DNA of 36,243 nt from Chiloscyllium plagiosum (lineage: Eukaryota). The stretch spans positions 62,001 through 98,243 of the forward strand of contig NC_057759.1 in NCBI RefSeq assembly GCF_004010195.1, in the 5' to 3' direction. A program made the position numbers and the translations under genes. This document shows positions 12,418 to 25,070 of the stretch, in pieces (positions within the stretch are counted from its first letter, which is position 1; every line of letters starts with the position of its first letter). The notes beneath the pieces are model-generated. The model made no database searches, was not told the origin of the DNA, and was given only the letters and a program-made list of their open reading frames with translations.

Positions 12418-13600
12418 GGCAGGGGTGAACTGGATCTACTTATTACCAAATGGCCCATGTCTCCTCTCAGAATAGCTGACAAACAAAAAAAGACAATCTG
12501 CCTTAGAATTAAAACACAAGAATGGCTGAAAAGAAATAAATGAGATTAACAGTCTGTCCTAGCCTTAAAGTAAAGAAAATGATACCTTTGAACAAACCTA
12601 CTCCAAAGCCAGTTGCCTTGAGTAGCAACCATCATAGATCAGAACATGTCCACAAGCCAAACATAGGAATGTTCTCAGCTTACTAATGAAAGAGTGACTA
12701 TGCAACCCGAGGAATAAATACCAGATGCAAAAGATAACATACTGAATTCCCTAAATATCTACCAGATCAACAATTAGCTATTGCGTGGTAAGCAGTAGTT
12801 TCTTCATTAGATTGCAATATTAAGCAATAATTACTAGTTAGAGATTCTACAACATAAATATAGATTCATGTAACAAATGTTTATGCCTATGTGTGAAGGT
12901 TAGTAAGTTTTCAGAAGTACCCTAATTCATCCTGGACAATGGCTATTCACAGCCATTAAACACAATGTACTATGGGTAGTTAGAAATAGCTGTCCCTAAA
13001 CTTAACTAACCAGAACAGAAAGCGTCATTACAAATCTTTCAGCAACTAATTACAACTAAATGCCTTTGGCATTTTTATATACATAATTAGGACGATGGGA
13101 AATATAAGAGGAAAAACTGAATTTGATAAAGACAGCAAATGAGATACGATAAATAATGGAATTCAAACTATCTCTCCATATAAAACCAGCCTGAGAGGCC
13201 TGAAGGAATCTAGCAATTAAGTTTGGAATGTGAATGACTAGGATGCATCGAAAAATCCCAAGGACTAGAGACTATAGTGTGTTAAACACCATGAGGTCAT
13301 GGGAGGCTGAGACCTGCTAAAAAAATGCCCATCATTAATTATGTGTCTTATAGGATTGGGTTTATAAAGTAAGAGGGAGGGACCTAGTGATTATGGTGCA
13401 TGTCATTGTTAACAGTGCATAAAATACTGTTTTTTTTATAATAAATTCAGGATGCATCATTGGTCTCTCTTCCAAGGCTGGCCTCTGGGGAAGGTCCTTT
13501 GGCCCTCTCCCTGCTTTAACTGGGTTTTGCATGAATAAACGTCAACTTGCCTGCCTCCTGAGCTTACATTCTCTTTTCAGGGGAAAAGGCTCCCACAACA
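12418..13600 (+). mobile_element. Solo LTR-like element (~1.2 kb), family shared with 30670-32057
   Basis: Colinear homology with 30670-32057 (tggcccatgtct, aatgatacc.ttgaa, ataattaggac, tttggaatgtgaatga, tttggccctctcc, gaataaa); TATA-like box and AATAAA near the 3' end; ends in ..ACA; interrupts a CR1. Confidence 0.75.
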
Positions 13601-13614
13601 ACAACAACAACAAC

Positions 13615-14315
13615 TACCTCTTGGATCTTTAATGTATCCTACTCTCTCTTTCTAGTCACTAATTTGCTTTGAATGAACTTGTAGAATCCCTTTGAATTAT
13701 GTTTAACCGTATCTGCCAAGGCTATCTCATAACACCACCCCCTTGTCCTTCCTGATCTCCCTCTTAAGAATGCCCCTACATTTTTCATGCTGAACAGAGA
13801 TTCATTTGAACTCAGTTGTCCATATCTAAGATATGCTTTACTTGAAGTCTCAAATAAAACATCAATTTTGCTGCTCCTCCAATGCTGCCTGACCTGTGCC
13901 TTTCCAGCTTCACTTCTTATCAACTCTGACTTCCAGCTTCTGCTGTCCTTTTTAAAAACCTTACATTTATCCACATTATATTACATCTGACTTGCATTTG
14001 CCCATTTACTACACCTCATCACAATCACATCTCACCACTCAAAGCAGTTTTATGTCATCTGTCAATCTGAAGATATTACATTTATTTCCCTCATCTAAAT
14101 CATGGTGAATATATAGTGAAGAGTTGGATTCCAACACTAAGATTTGCCATGTCCCCAAGGCACTGCTTGTCATTGTGAAAATGATCCACTTATTCCCTTT
14201 GTGTTTTCTTTCAACCAACCAGTTTTTTTAAAAATCCATCTCGATACCATGCTCTTTCGTTATTCTCAGGTGTGAACTTGCCAAAATCTTCTGAATGACC
14301 TCCACCTGTTCTTCC
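13615..14315. mobile_element. Mixed CR1-type fragments (minus strand) with a family-A Penelope-derived fragment at ~13850-13950 (plus strand)
   Basis: CR1 ORF2-like minus-strand sequence; ctgctcctc..atgctgcctgacctg..ttccagc. Confidence 0.6.
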
Positions 14316-15649
14316 AGCAGAGAACATAGAACATTATAACACAGAAACAGACCGTTAAAATCCATGCTGACTCGGTTTGATTCTGATTTTTTTTAACCCC
14401 AGACACTCTGCATTCTTTTTTCCCTGCAGGTTGAGTGGCCTATAATTCCCAGTTTATCTCTACCTTCCTTTTCAAATAGTTTTTCTGTTTCTGTTTCCTC
14501 TCTACACATTTTATAAATACTTTAACAGTTGTTTCTTTTTCACAACAATTGCAAGCTTACTCTTGTCATCATTTTCTCTTTCTTCCTCAATGTGCTCATC
14601 TCCTCGTTTGCTGAAATCTAAACTGTTCCACCCTTTAGGTCTGTCTATTTATTTTCTTCGCAATTAGAACACGTGTTCTTGGAATCAAATACAATCTTAC
14701 AGAACCCTAACGTTCCGTAAAGTTTACAAAAGTAATACTGAAGTTTTGTGAAATCTAAAACGAATACCGTCCAAACTCAGGGCAACTTCTATCTCAAAAG
14801 TTGAATGCAGCTGATGTAGGGGTACATCAGCTTGATCGAGGATAGGTTTCTCTCTAAGCCAAACACCATGATAACTTGGAAATGCAACATATCCCCTTTC
14901 ATTCACTGTCACTGGATCAAGACCCTGGAACTCTGTTCATGGTATTGTGGGTAGCACATGGACAACAGCTCCAGAAGGTGGCTCACCACTGCGTCCTCTA
15001 AGGGAAGGATAATAAATGCTAGGCTCAGCCAGCGACAGACATGTTCCAGGAGTGAATCAGTAAAAATAGCTGGGGTGTCTCATCGTGGCATACAACATAT
15101 CACAAGGTTTCTGTCTGCAGCATACCTGACACTAAAATTTGTCATCCACTATAAACTAAAACGAGTCCCAGTGATCCTATTGCACATCTCCCTGATCCAG
15201 GTTTGATTTCTTCGGGCCTCCTGACGCAGAAATAGGGAATGATACTATGACGCAAGACTCTGCAAACAGTTACATACTGTCTTCGTAAAAAAGTTCCACT
15301 TATTCTATCTATCTGTCTGTGTGCTACTTTCAACCAGGTGTTAGTATTTGTGGATGAGGGTAAACAGGATTAATTACCACACCTAACATAAGATGAGATC
15401 TGATATTATTGAATGGGCTGAGTGGCCGCCAGTTTCTCCGCTCCCTGATCAGAATGTGAGAGAGTCGGAGGGAGGAGTTATTAACATGACTCGGGAAAGA
15501 GCTCAGTTGGAGCTTTATAAAGGGATGATGTCCCAGCTTGAAACCTTCTCTACCCTTCCTCCCACAGTCCCAGTTCTTTTGGTCAAACTGGGAGAAAAGG
15601 GAATTGGGGAAATGACCAATTGATGTTTGTTTCTGGGAATCAGTGGGAA

Positions 15650-16050
15650 AAAGTAGCGCGTGCGCAGTGCCGCCCTATCCGCAATGCTATCAGTCCCTGA
15701 CCAGAAGAACGCATGCGTGAGGCCCTCCCCCAGCGCTGCCATTGAGGAGCATTTACTCAGTGAGTGCAAGAGGTTTGTTTGAAACAGACCGCAATGGAGA
15801 GATCAGCGCCCAGGGAAGCGAGGGAACAGCAGGCTCCTTCCAGCAGCACATCGGGATGGGAGCCTGGGACACAGAGGGGGCTCCGAGACCGGGATTGATT
15901 CGGGTGAGTTCAGGGAGAACCGGGGGCTGTTTGTAAGAGGCCGAGCGGAGCAGGAACTGGTCCCGGAACTTGGAGTGAGCGGGCTGGGGGGAAGAGAGAG
16001 GCCTTTCTCGGGCTGTGTGTGGGCCTGCTGAGGGAGGCAGAGCGGGAAGA
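15650..16050 (+). promoter_or_regulatory. CpG/GC-rich promoter-like island with NRF1-type sites and a candidate first-exon donor
   Basis: GCGCGTGCGCA 15656-15666, ACGCATGCGT 15709-15718, CGG|GTGAGT at 15903/15904, followed by G-rich intron-like sequence. Confidence 0.6.
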
Positions 16051-16402
16051 AGCTGCTGTGGGATATTCTTGTGGTTTTTAATCCCCGAAACACTGATGGG
16101 AATTGTTTGGCTTCTGTTTGTTGCGAATAGACGTTGAATTGTTGTGCCCGTTGTTCTTCCTTCTACAGTGTATTGGGAGCTGAATATTGAACTGGGTAAT
16201 CATTCTACTTATGAAAGTATGCAGATGTTGGTTAGTTTTTGTACCTGAGTAAATTGTTTTAGAATTTCGCAAACAGAAAATGACTGGGAGGAGCTCAGTG
16301 TTGAAGCGTAGCCGGGCCTTGCTCTGTTCACCTTGCCCTGTTAAAAAACAAAAAAAAATTCATGATCACGGCCTGAATTTGGCATTGATCAGTTGATGTC
16401 TC

Positions 16403-16432
16403 TCCCCCTCCCCCTCCCCCTCCCCCTCCCCC
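16403..16432. repeat. (TCCCCC)5 microsatellite
   Basis: Direct reading; absent from the homologous left-arm position. Confidence 0.9.
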
Positions 16433-16477
16433 AGCTGATGGTGATTTACAGGAAATGTCTCTCTTGTCTTCCTCCAG

Positions 16478-16548
16478 GCAAATGATTGATGGACCAAGAT
16501 AATGCATATTCCCTCAGTATAAAGCCAGCTGCTTCTAACAACTAACAG
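16478..16548 (+). other. Candidate small non-coding exon, copy 2 (71 nt)
   Basis: ctctcttgtcttcctccAG|gcaaat...aacag|GTATGT. Confidence 0.5.
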
Positions 16549-19469
16549 GTATGTTACTGTTGTCAGATTGGAGAACGTCATTTCCTCTGTCTAAGTGGAC
16601 TGAGTCAGACACATATTGAGCTCAATTTCCAGAAGTACACATTCAAGCCAAGAGTCAAACACAACTGTTGAAATATATTTTTTTGATTTCTCCCTGTACT
16701 AAATGCACAACAGATCAGTTCCAATAAATGCCATTATACATAGTCAATTATCATTTGCAATATCAGAAGAGGGATAGACTGTATCCTCTAATGACATATA
16801 CATTCAGGAACTGCATTAACTCCACATGTAGTAAAGTCAATTTTAAAGTTACAATCAAGGTGAACAAACAGATCATGCTGTTACGTTGTTACAGCAAGGA
16901 TTTCTGAGGGAGATATTGAGTGTAGATATAGAATGAAATTTTGGCATTATCAGTAACTGAGAGGGACAATTTTTTTTTGATAAATAGAAGTCCTATGCAA
17001 AAGGTACAACAATTAAATGGTGTAAATTCCAGATGAACCTCTCAGCCAAACCTGATGTAGAGAGAATGTTGACTACATGAATATACACATACAGACAACC
17101 ACCATCTCCAACCCGTCCTTAATATCTGTGCTTACATGCATGTGCACACACACCATTCTCTCTCAGCTACTGATTGATTTACAATAGTTGCAAATTTGTA
17201 CACCATCCTGAAATACGCATTCCAACAACTAACAGTAATGAAAATCCATATACACCGCAACTAGCAGAAAACATTTCATCAAACTGATTTCTATTCTCAG
17301 ATGTCAAGTCAAAGAAATTTACAGCACAGAATAAGTCTCTTCAAATTATTAAATCTGACTGATCAAAGACAGTCCATAACATAACATAACAGTTGATTGA
17401 GCTAACAATTCTAATCCATTTCAACCAGCATTCCCTTTCCATGAAAATATCATGGCAGCAGAGAAGTTGTCATCCCCATGGATATCGGAACATGATTCTC
17501 CATTTCATTATTTTGTAGTTATTTTCTTTTTCTGTCCAGCAAGAGCATTTTTAAAATTATTCTATATATATTTCAAAATTCGTTTTGATTTTCAATGAAG
17601 AGCCCTGCATTCCTCTTAACACTCCCTTCATTATAGTACCAAAAAAAGCCAGGAAGCAGAATATAGTTTTGTGACGGAGTTATTGGAATTGGAACATTAC
17701 TATTTAAAGCATAGCAGAATGAAAGAAAAAGCCAAAATTGGTCAGTTTGCCAAGCTGCTCACTTTTCTTTCAACAAGAGTTGATATTTAAATTGTCAAAT
17801 TCAATTTATTGAACTATTTAAATATGCTTTACAGAATGGTGGAAAATAAAAGTCCTTTTAATTTCCCCCTCCCTACCATAGAGCAACACAAGAGTCTGCT
17901 AATGGCTTGCACCAGATCCTGTCCAAATGGGTAAACAAATTGGAATTGGCCAATTCTCTTTCCTGTACAAGGAACACTGTGGTCAGTCAGCTGCAATGCA
18001 GTTGAAGTGTTCACTTAGTTGCAAGTGGGTTCGGTTAATACTGATTATTAATTCATTGGTTAAAACATGTCACAATGCAAAAATTAATAGCATCCTGAAA
18101 ACCAGACATTGATATCCCCACTGTTCCTGGTTAGACTCTGCACTATAGGAGTTACAAAAGTCCATTGCTTTCTACCATTGATTCTGAAGAAAAGCCAGAT
18201 GCTTTTTTGCCGCAATGTGATGCATGCTCACCTGTCCATGGATCCTCTCGGCACTAAAGATAAAGAACACTGGCTGTGGACATTATCAAACTAAATGTGC
18301 AGTGCCAGAGATTAAAGATATACAAACACATGCACTTTCACTGACAAGAGTTGACTCCAGTGACAGTAGATAGTACCTCATTCATGTCAAGTAACAGAAG
18401 TTTGAACAATGAAGTACTCTTGCAGTTTCTAAAAGGGACATGTTTCAATTTAAATGACACTGAAGCACTGTGAAACACAATAACCAAGTATAAGGAGCTC
18501 ATTGATATCTAGTATCAGAGAGTGAATGAATCTCATTCTCACACTGAGCCTGGTGCTGATGAACACACCCTTTCTCCACACTCACATTCTGGTTGAGGGA
18601 CTGAGTAATGCAGAAGCATTTCCATACTTTTTAATATATGAAACACTGATTTATAAGGCGTTAAACCCACCTCATAAACTCTATCAGATCATGACATGCT
18701 GAACTAGAAACAAGGCAACATTCAAAAAATGTCAGTGTGATATAGACCAGTGCCACTCCTTTAAAGTGATACAGATTGTCAGCATAACAGAAAACTCACT
18801 CGCACTCAGCCAGTTAATGCTGAAAGGGAAAAATAATGAAATTTAGGCCCAGGTATTTCCAAATATGGACAGTTATAAATTGACTTACCAAACCATTAAT
18901 CACTTCAGTTAGTGTCAGATGTTACATCTTGCAGTGTCCAGCAGCAACTGATAAAGTCTCCTGCAAACACAAAATATTTAAAACAAACAATTAATGCAAT
19001 AAAATTCAGATTCATGGCAAAGATAAATATTGAACCAATATTAATCCCTTAATCACAAAAGGTTAGTCAATATTGATACAGTTTATCCTACGCTCAGACC
19101 AAAAAAAAACACAACTGAACATGAAAAGAGAATGAGATCCACATACTCTCCCTGATGCTGTTGCATACAAGCAAAACTGGTACTATAATTATCAAAGATA
19201 GGTAACGGCAGAAATAATCTCTAATTTGCATTTAGATAGAGATACAGGCAGTGAGTGGATAAAGTTCAGAATCCCAACAGTTAGTTGAAACTCTTATGGA
19301 GAACAGGTGAAGAACAGAATGTTCCAGTCTGGACACAATGGGCTGAATGGCTGTACCAATTCTGTGACTCTGTCATAAATGACATGATGCAGAAGAGATT
19401 CAGGCCCAATCACAACACCCTAAAATCAACTATCACAGAATCAATCACAGTCACAGAGAATTCTGTTTT

Positions 19470-19680
19470 CTAAATTCATTCATGGGATGAGGGCATCAAT
19501 AGCTAGGCCAGCATTTATTGCCCATCCCTAACTGCCCAGAGGTTGGTTATGTGTCAGCTACATTGCTGGGGGTCTGGAGACACATGTAGGCCAGACCAGG
19601 TAAGGATGGCAGCTTCCTTCCTTAAAGGACATTAGTGAACCAGATGGGTTTTTCAGACAAGAGTCATTGGACTCTTAGAA
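19470..19680 (-). mobile_element. SINE 3' part, inverted counterpart of 1-168
   Basis: ttcattcatgggatg..atttattgcccatccctaa..ggtctggag.cacatgtaggccagacc..ggacattagtgaaccagatgggttt. Confidence 0.7.
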
Positions 19681-20204
19681 TATTATTGGCTGTCAGCGAA
19701 TTAAACAACCTTGATGCATGAGAGTTGAAAGTGACTGGTACTGATTGAGCACTTGACTCAGTCACATAGCAGAAACTGACGAGGATAGATCAATTCCTGA
19801 ACACTCATATGGACACAACGGGGACTGACAGGCATAGATTGATAGCTGCTCTCACATATTCACTCTGCAGAAATTGAAAGGGAGAGCATGATACTTAAAC
19901 ACACACCCCACACCACCTCCCACACTCCCCACATGCACTTTATAAACACTGGCAGGTACAATCTGATAAATGCATTTGCATATTTATAAACTAGACGTTG
20001 ACAGATACAGATTCATAGCTACGTCCTGAGATACACAGAGCAGAATATAACAGGGACAGATTGAACAATCACACTCACATGCACATGACAGGACATTTCA
20101 GAGGATGACTGAAAACTGCATTCTCATTCACAAAACAGAGACTGACAGGAACATATTGATGCCACTCTCTGTTTCAAATTACTTGTACGGTTTGATAATG
20201 ACAC

Positions 20205-20962
20205 TCAAGAAACTGACAGGTTGAGATTGATGACAAAAGAAATCACAGTTACATTTGAGGTCAAGTGACTCTTCCTCAGAACTGATTGTCTGCATTTTCC
20301 TCGCTGCTGTGTGGTCTTCTGGGGAAACTGAGTATAGATTGGGTGTCCACTGTGCAGAGCACCTACATTCTGTCCAGAAAAAAAAAGACCCTGAGCTTCC
20401 AATTGTCTGCCCCTTCAACACAGAACCCTGTTCCCTGGCCAACATCTCTGTCTCAGGCTTGCTGTATTGCTCCAGCGAAGCTCCGTGCTAGCTGGAAGAA
20501 CAACACCTCATTTTCTGCTTGGGAACTCGACAGCCTTCTGGACTCAATATTGGGTTCAATGACTTTAGAGCCAGAGCTCTCCCATGTCATTACCCGAATT
20601 CCCACACACCAGGCAGTGTTAACACATAGTATACTATTATACACCAACAATTACTAACAGTCCCTATTAACAGCTATTCACCCTCCTCGTCTGACCATGA
20701 TCCACTCATTTGTCTGTCCAACTGTTCTTCCCTCTCTATGGATTCTATCTCCATATATCATTTACTCCATACTCTTCAACACACCCTATCTTCTGCATGG
20801 AAACTAATATTTTCCTGGCTACCACCAGTTCTCAGGAAGGGTTACTTGATTGGAAATTTTTATCTCTAATTTTCTCCACAGGCTCTGTCAGACCTGCTGA
20901 GCTTTTCCAGCAATTTAATTTTGTTTCTGATTTCCAGCATCTGCAGTTCTTTTGGTTTTTAT
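20205..20962 (+). mobile_element. Penelope-like element 3' fragment (GIY-YIG remnant plus pLTR, with an inverted pLTR piece at the 5' end)
   Basis: GETEYRLG..AEHLHSV.KKDPELPI.CPFN..CS..NISVSGLL.CSSEA..LEEQHLIF.LGT.QPSGLNI; 20205-20285 is inverted relative to 20825-20900. Confidence 0.85.
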
Positions 20963-21054
20963 TTAGAGATTAAGAACTACATTTTCACACTCTCAGAGCA
21001 GAAACTATCAGAAAAAAATTGATAACCACATTCATATGTTCACAAAAGAACTTC

Positions 21055-21145
21055 TAGATTCGAGTGGTGCTGGAAAAGCACAGCTGGTCAGGCAGCATCT
21101 GAGGACCAGGACAATTGATGTTTTGGACAAAAGCCCTTTGTCAAG
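21055..21145 (-). mobile_element. Penelope-derived short element (family A) fragment
   Basis: gagtggtgctggaaaagcacagc.ggtcaggcagcatctgagga..aaaagccctt. Confidence 0.75.
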
Positions 21146-21299
21146 TATTGATAAATACACTCGCATTTTTATTACAGATCCTGATGGGGAAAGAACCTAA
21201 TTAAACCATCACAAAGCATAAACTGACAGGGACTGTGAAGAACTAAATCCTCACATTCACAGATCAGAAACTGGCAGTCTTAGATTGACAATTACCTAA

Positions 21300-21491
21300 G
21301 AACAGCAGGTCAGGCAGCATCTGAGGAGCAGGAAAATCGACATTTTTGGCAAAAGCCCTTCATCAGAAAGGGCTTTTGCCCGAAACATTGATTTTTCCTG
21401 CTCCTCGGATGCTCCCTGACCTGCTGTGCTTTTCCAGCACCACTCTGATCTCCACTCTTGTTTCCAGCATCTGCAGTCCTCACTTTTGCCT
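21300..21491 (+). mobile_element. Fold-back family-A element with a 10-bp TSD
   Basis: Inverted arms ~21302-21360 and ~21368-21426; TSD aattacctaa at 21290-21299 and 21492-21501. Confidence 0.85.
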
Positions 21492-21511
21492 AATTACCTA
21501 AACACGTTCAC

Positions 21512-22040
21512 CAAGCAGATTTCCTCAGCAGGCTAAGGACGTTCAGCATGTCTATAAAGACTCTTCCAAATTGTCTCACAGAAAGCATCCTGTCTGAGTG
21601 TATCACAGCGTGGTATGGCTGCCTAAGACCACAAGAAACTGCAGAGAGTTGTAACACAGCTCTGTCCATCACAGAAACCAACCGTCCATCCAATAACCGC
21701 ATTTCCACCAACCCCTGACTCGGGAAAGCAACCAACATAATCAAGGACCCATCCGACCCTAGTTATACTCTCCTCCATGCTCTTCTGTCAGGGAGAAAAC
21801 ACTGAAGTTTGAATACACCATCCAACAGATTCAAGAACAGTTTCCCTGCTGCCATCAGACTTTTGAATGGATCACTCAAATTTTAATGTTAATCTCTCTC
21901 TGCACCATTAACACTGTATTCCGGATTCTGTTCTATTACCCTGATGCACTTTGTATGATATGATCTGCCTGTAAAGCGCACAGAACAATACTTTTCATTA
22001 CAACTCGTGATTGTGCCAATAACAAGTCAGATCAAATCAA
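21512..22040 (+). mobile_element. Rex1/Babar-type LINE 3' end
   Basis: FLSRLRTFSMS..ESILSECITAWYG..KKLQRVV..IIKDPSDP..LLSGR..RFKNSF; tail tcaaatcaa. Confidence 0.8.
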
Positions 22041-22394
22041 GTAGATAACTACAGCCTCATTCATATAGCAGAATCTGAGAGTTACATGTTGATAACTACA
22101 GTCACAAACTGACAGAAAAAGATGAATAAATACACTCAAATATTCGCATTTCGGAGCCTGACAGGGAAAGATTGATAACTTGAACACTCACATTCACAAG
22201 ACTGAAACTGATAGTGACAGATGAAAACTCAGCTCACACATTCTCATTGCAGGGATAGATTGACAATTACACAAACCTATTCAGCGAGCAGAAACTGACA
22301 GCCACAGATTGGTAAATATCTCTGTATTCACACGGCAGAGTCTGAAAGATACAGATTGACAATTACACTCACTTTGACAAGGAGGAAATTAAAA

Positions 22395-24153
22395 TCAGCA
22401 AGGTGGCCTTTGTGCGGAGCAGCAGAAAATGGGGGAGATACTAAATAAGTATTTTGCATCAGTATTTACTGTGGAAAAGGATATGGAAGATATAGACTGT
22501 AGGGAAATAGATGGTGACATCTTGCAAAATGTCCAGATTACAGAGGAGGAAGTCCTGGGTGTCTTGAAATGGGTAAAGGTGGATAAATCCCTAGGACCTG
22601 ATCAGGTGTACCTGAGAACTGTGGGAAGCTAGAGAAGTGATTGCTGGGCCTCTTGCTGAGATATTTGTATCATCGATGGTCACAATTGAGGTGCCGGAAG
22701 ACTGGAGGTTGGCAAACGTGGTGCCACTGTTTAAGACAGGCGGTAAGGACAAGACAGACCAGTGAGTCTGACCTCAGTGGTGGGTAAGTTGTTGGAGGGA
22801 ATCCTGAGGGACAGGATGTACATGTATTTGGAAAGGCAAGGACTGATTCAGGATAGACAACATGGCTTCGTGCGTGGGAAATCATGTCTCTCAAAATTGA
22901 TTGAGGCTTTTGAGCAAGTAACAAAGAGGATTGATGAGGGCAGAGCAGTAGATGTGATCTGTATGGTCTTCAGTAAGGTGTTCGACAAGATTCCCCATGA
23001 GAGACTGATTACCAAGGTTAGATCTCATGGAATACAGAGAGAACTAGCCATTTGGATGCAGAACTGGCTCAAAGGTAGAAGACAGGATGGTGGTGGAGGG
23101 TTGTTTTTCAGACTGGAGGCCTGTAACTAGTGGAGTGCCACAAGGATCGGTGCTGGGTCCTCTACGTTTTGTCATTTACACAAATGATTTGGATGCGAGC
23201 GTAAGAGGTACAGTTAGTAAGTTTGCAGGTGACACCAAAATTGGAGGTGTAGTGGACAGTGAAGAGGGTTACCTCAGGTTACAACAGGATCTTGACCAGA
23301 TGGGCCAATGGGCTGGGAAGTGGCAGATGGAGTTGAATTCAGATAAATGCGAGGTGCTGCATTTTGGGAAAGCAAATCTTAGCAGGACTTATAGACTTAA
23401 CGGTAAGGTCCTAGGGAGTGTTGCTGAACCAAGTGACCTTGGAGTGCAGGTTCATAGCTACTTGAAAGTGGAGTCGCAGGTAGATAGGATAGTGAAGGTG
23501 TTTGGTATGCTTTCCTTTATTGGTCAGTGTTTTGAGTACAGGAGTTGGGAGGTCATGTTGTGGCTGTACAGGACATTGGTTAGGCCACTGTTGGAATATT
23601 GTGTGCAGTTCTGGTCTCCTTCATATTGGAAAGATGTCATGAAACTTGAAAGGGTTCAGAAAAGATTTACAAGGATGTTGCCAGGGTTGGAGGATTTGAG
23701 CATTAGGGAGAAGCTGAACAGTTTTCCCTGGAGCATTGGAGGATGAGGGGTGACCTTACAGAGGTTCCTAATGAAAGGCTTTTGCCCGAAATGTCGATTT
23801 TGCTTGTCCTCGGATGCTGCCTGAACTGCTGTGCTCTTCCAGCACTACTAATCCAAAATCTGGTTTCCAGCATCTGCAGTCATTGTTTTTACCAAGATAT
23901 AAAAGAGACCTAAGGGGCATCTTTTTCATGCACAGGGTGGTACGTGTATGGAATGAGCTGCCAGAGGAAGTGGTGGAGGCTGGTACAATTGCAACATTCA
24001 AGAGGCATTTGGATGGGTATAAGAATAGGAAGGGTTTGGAGGGATATGGGCCGGGTGCTGGCAGGTGGAACTAGATTGGGTTTGGGATATCTGGTCGGCA
24101 TGGACACTTTGGACCGAAGGGTCTGTTTCCATGCTGTACATCTCTCTGACTCT
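22395..24153 (+). mobile_element. 5'-truncated CR1-type LINE (RT to 3' tail), relatively young
   Basis: GEILNKYFASVFT, SLTSVVGKLLE, QHGFVRGKSCL, SGVPQGSVLGP, SKFAGDTKIG, LVRPLLEYCVQFWSP, RVVRVWNELP; tail ctctctgactcta. Confidence 0.95.
23765..23893 (+). mobile_element. Family-A Penelope-derived element nested in the CR1 3' region
   Basis: ttcctaatgaaaggcttttgcccgaaatgtcg..ccagcatctgcagtcattgtttttacc. Confidence 0.8.
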
Positions 24154-24321
24154 AGGTACAGAATAATAACTGTACTCCCACATTCACATAGCTGAAACTG
24201 GATACAGTTTTATTAATACATCCATTTTCACAGAACATAAGCTGATGTGTACTGATCAATAACTGTACTTGCATACTGACAGGGTCGGATTCATACTTGC
24301 ACTCTTGTATTGACATATTAG

Positions 24322-25070
24322 TGTTATGACACAGTGGTAAATCCCTCTGCTAATTAAACCAAACACACAGAAAAGCTCACCTCGCCTAATAATCTGTTAA
24401 AATATGAGGGACAGAGAATGACCCAAATTCCACTATTTAACAAGAGCATCAATTATATTCTTTAATGCTGAAAGTGAACATTAAACAACAACTATTTACA
24501 ACTCTAAGCCTCCTTTCGCTTGAAGACTTGTTATCTACCTCCCACTCTTTAACAATATGCTGATTCAATAAACCCCCTATTAAATTTACAGCAACTTAAT
24601 TTTCAAAACCAGACAGTGGTTGTCATCCCCAGTGTCGATCTTCCTCTGTAGATCTCCCAGGGTCATCTTTGGTCTTTGGCTGTAAAGATGTTTCCTATGA
24701 AAATGGTACCTTTGATTGAGATTGTTGTGAATAACAGTCTTTCAATGAACGTTCATTCTTTTTTTGGCCAATTGTCCAAAATGTCTGATTTTTTTTGTTA
24801 ATACCCCAAACATCGGATCATCTCATTGGTTTGATAATGTCAAAACAGTAAAATACAAATTCAATTGTATTTTAGGAGCTTGAGGCATAATTTAAATGGA
24901 TTGGTTAAATGTGAAATACGAACTAAGGTATCTAGGTAACAGCCAAATGTTACATCTTTCAATTTTCCATCACACTCTGTGACTGCTAGTCAGTCACAAG
25001 ACAGGTGCTTGCCAGCTTTCAGCTTTCACTCTCTGTTAAAGGTACAGTACATACCTTCAACTTCATAACA
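24322..25070. mobile_element. Solo LTR-like element, 749 bp
   Basis: Termini TGTTATGA...TCATAACA (8-bp inverted repeat); flanks ttag/atag; cleanly interrupts the minisatellite. Confidence 0.75.

Larger units (their letters stand above)
14320..19650 (+). repeat. Right arm of the inverted segmental duplication
   Basis: See the left arm; carries extra blocks ~15010-16350 and ~17120-18540 that are absent from the left arm. Confidence 0.85.

Noticed and set aside
17835..17930. Possible further exon (tttacag|aatgg...atgg|gtaaac)
   Set aside because: Weak donor, and the acceptor is not clearly conserved in copy 3; insufficient support.
22429..23746. Possible active reverse transcriptase gene
   Set aside because: 5'-truncated and frameshifted, with the catalytic motif mutated (FAGD instead of FADD).
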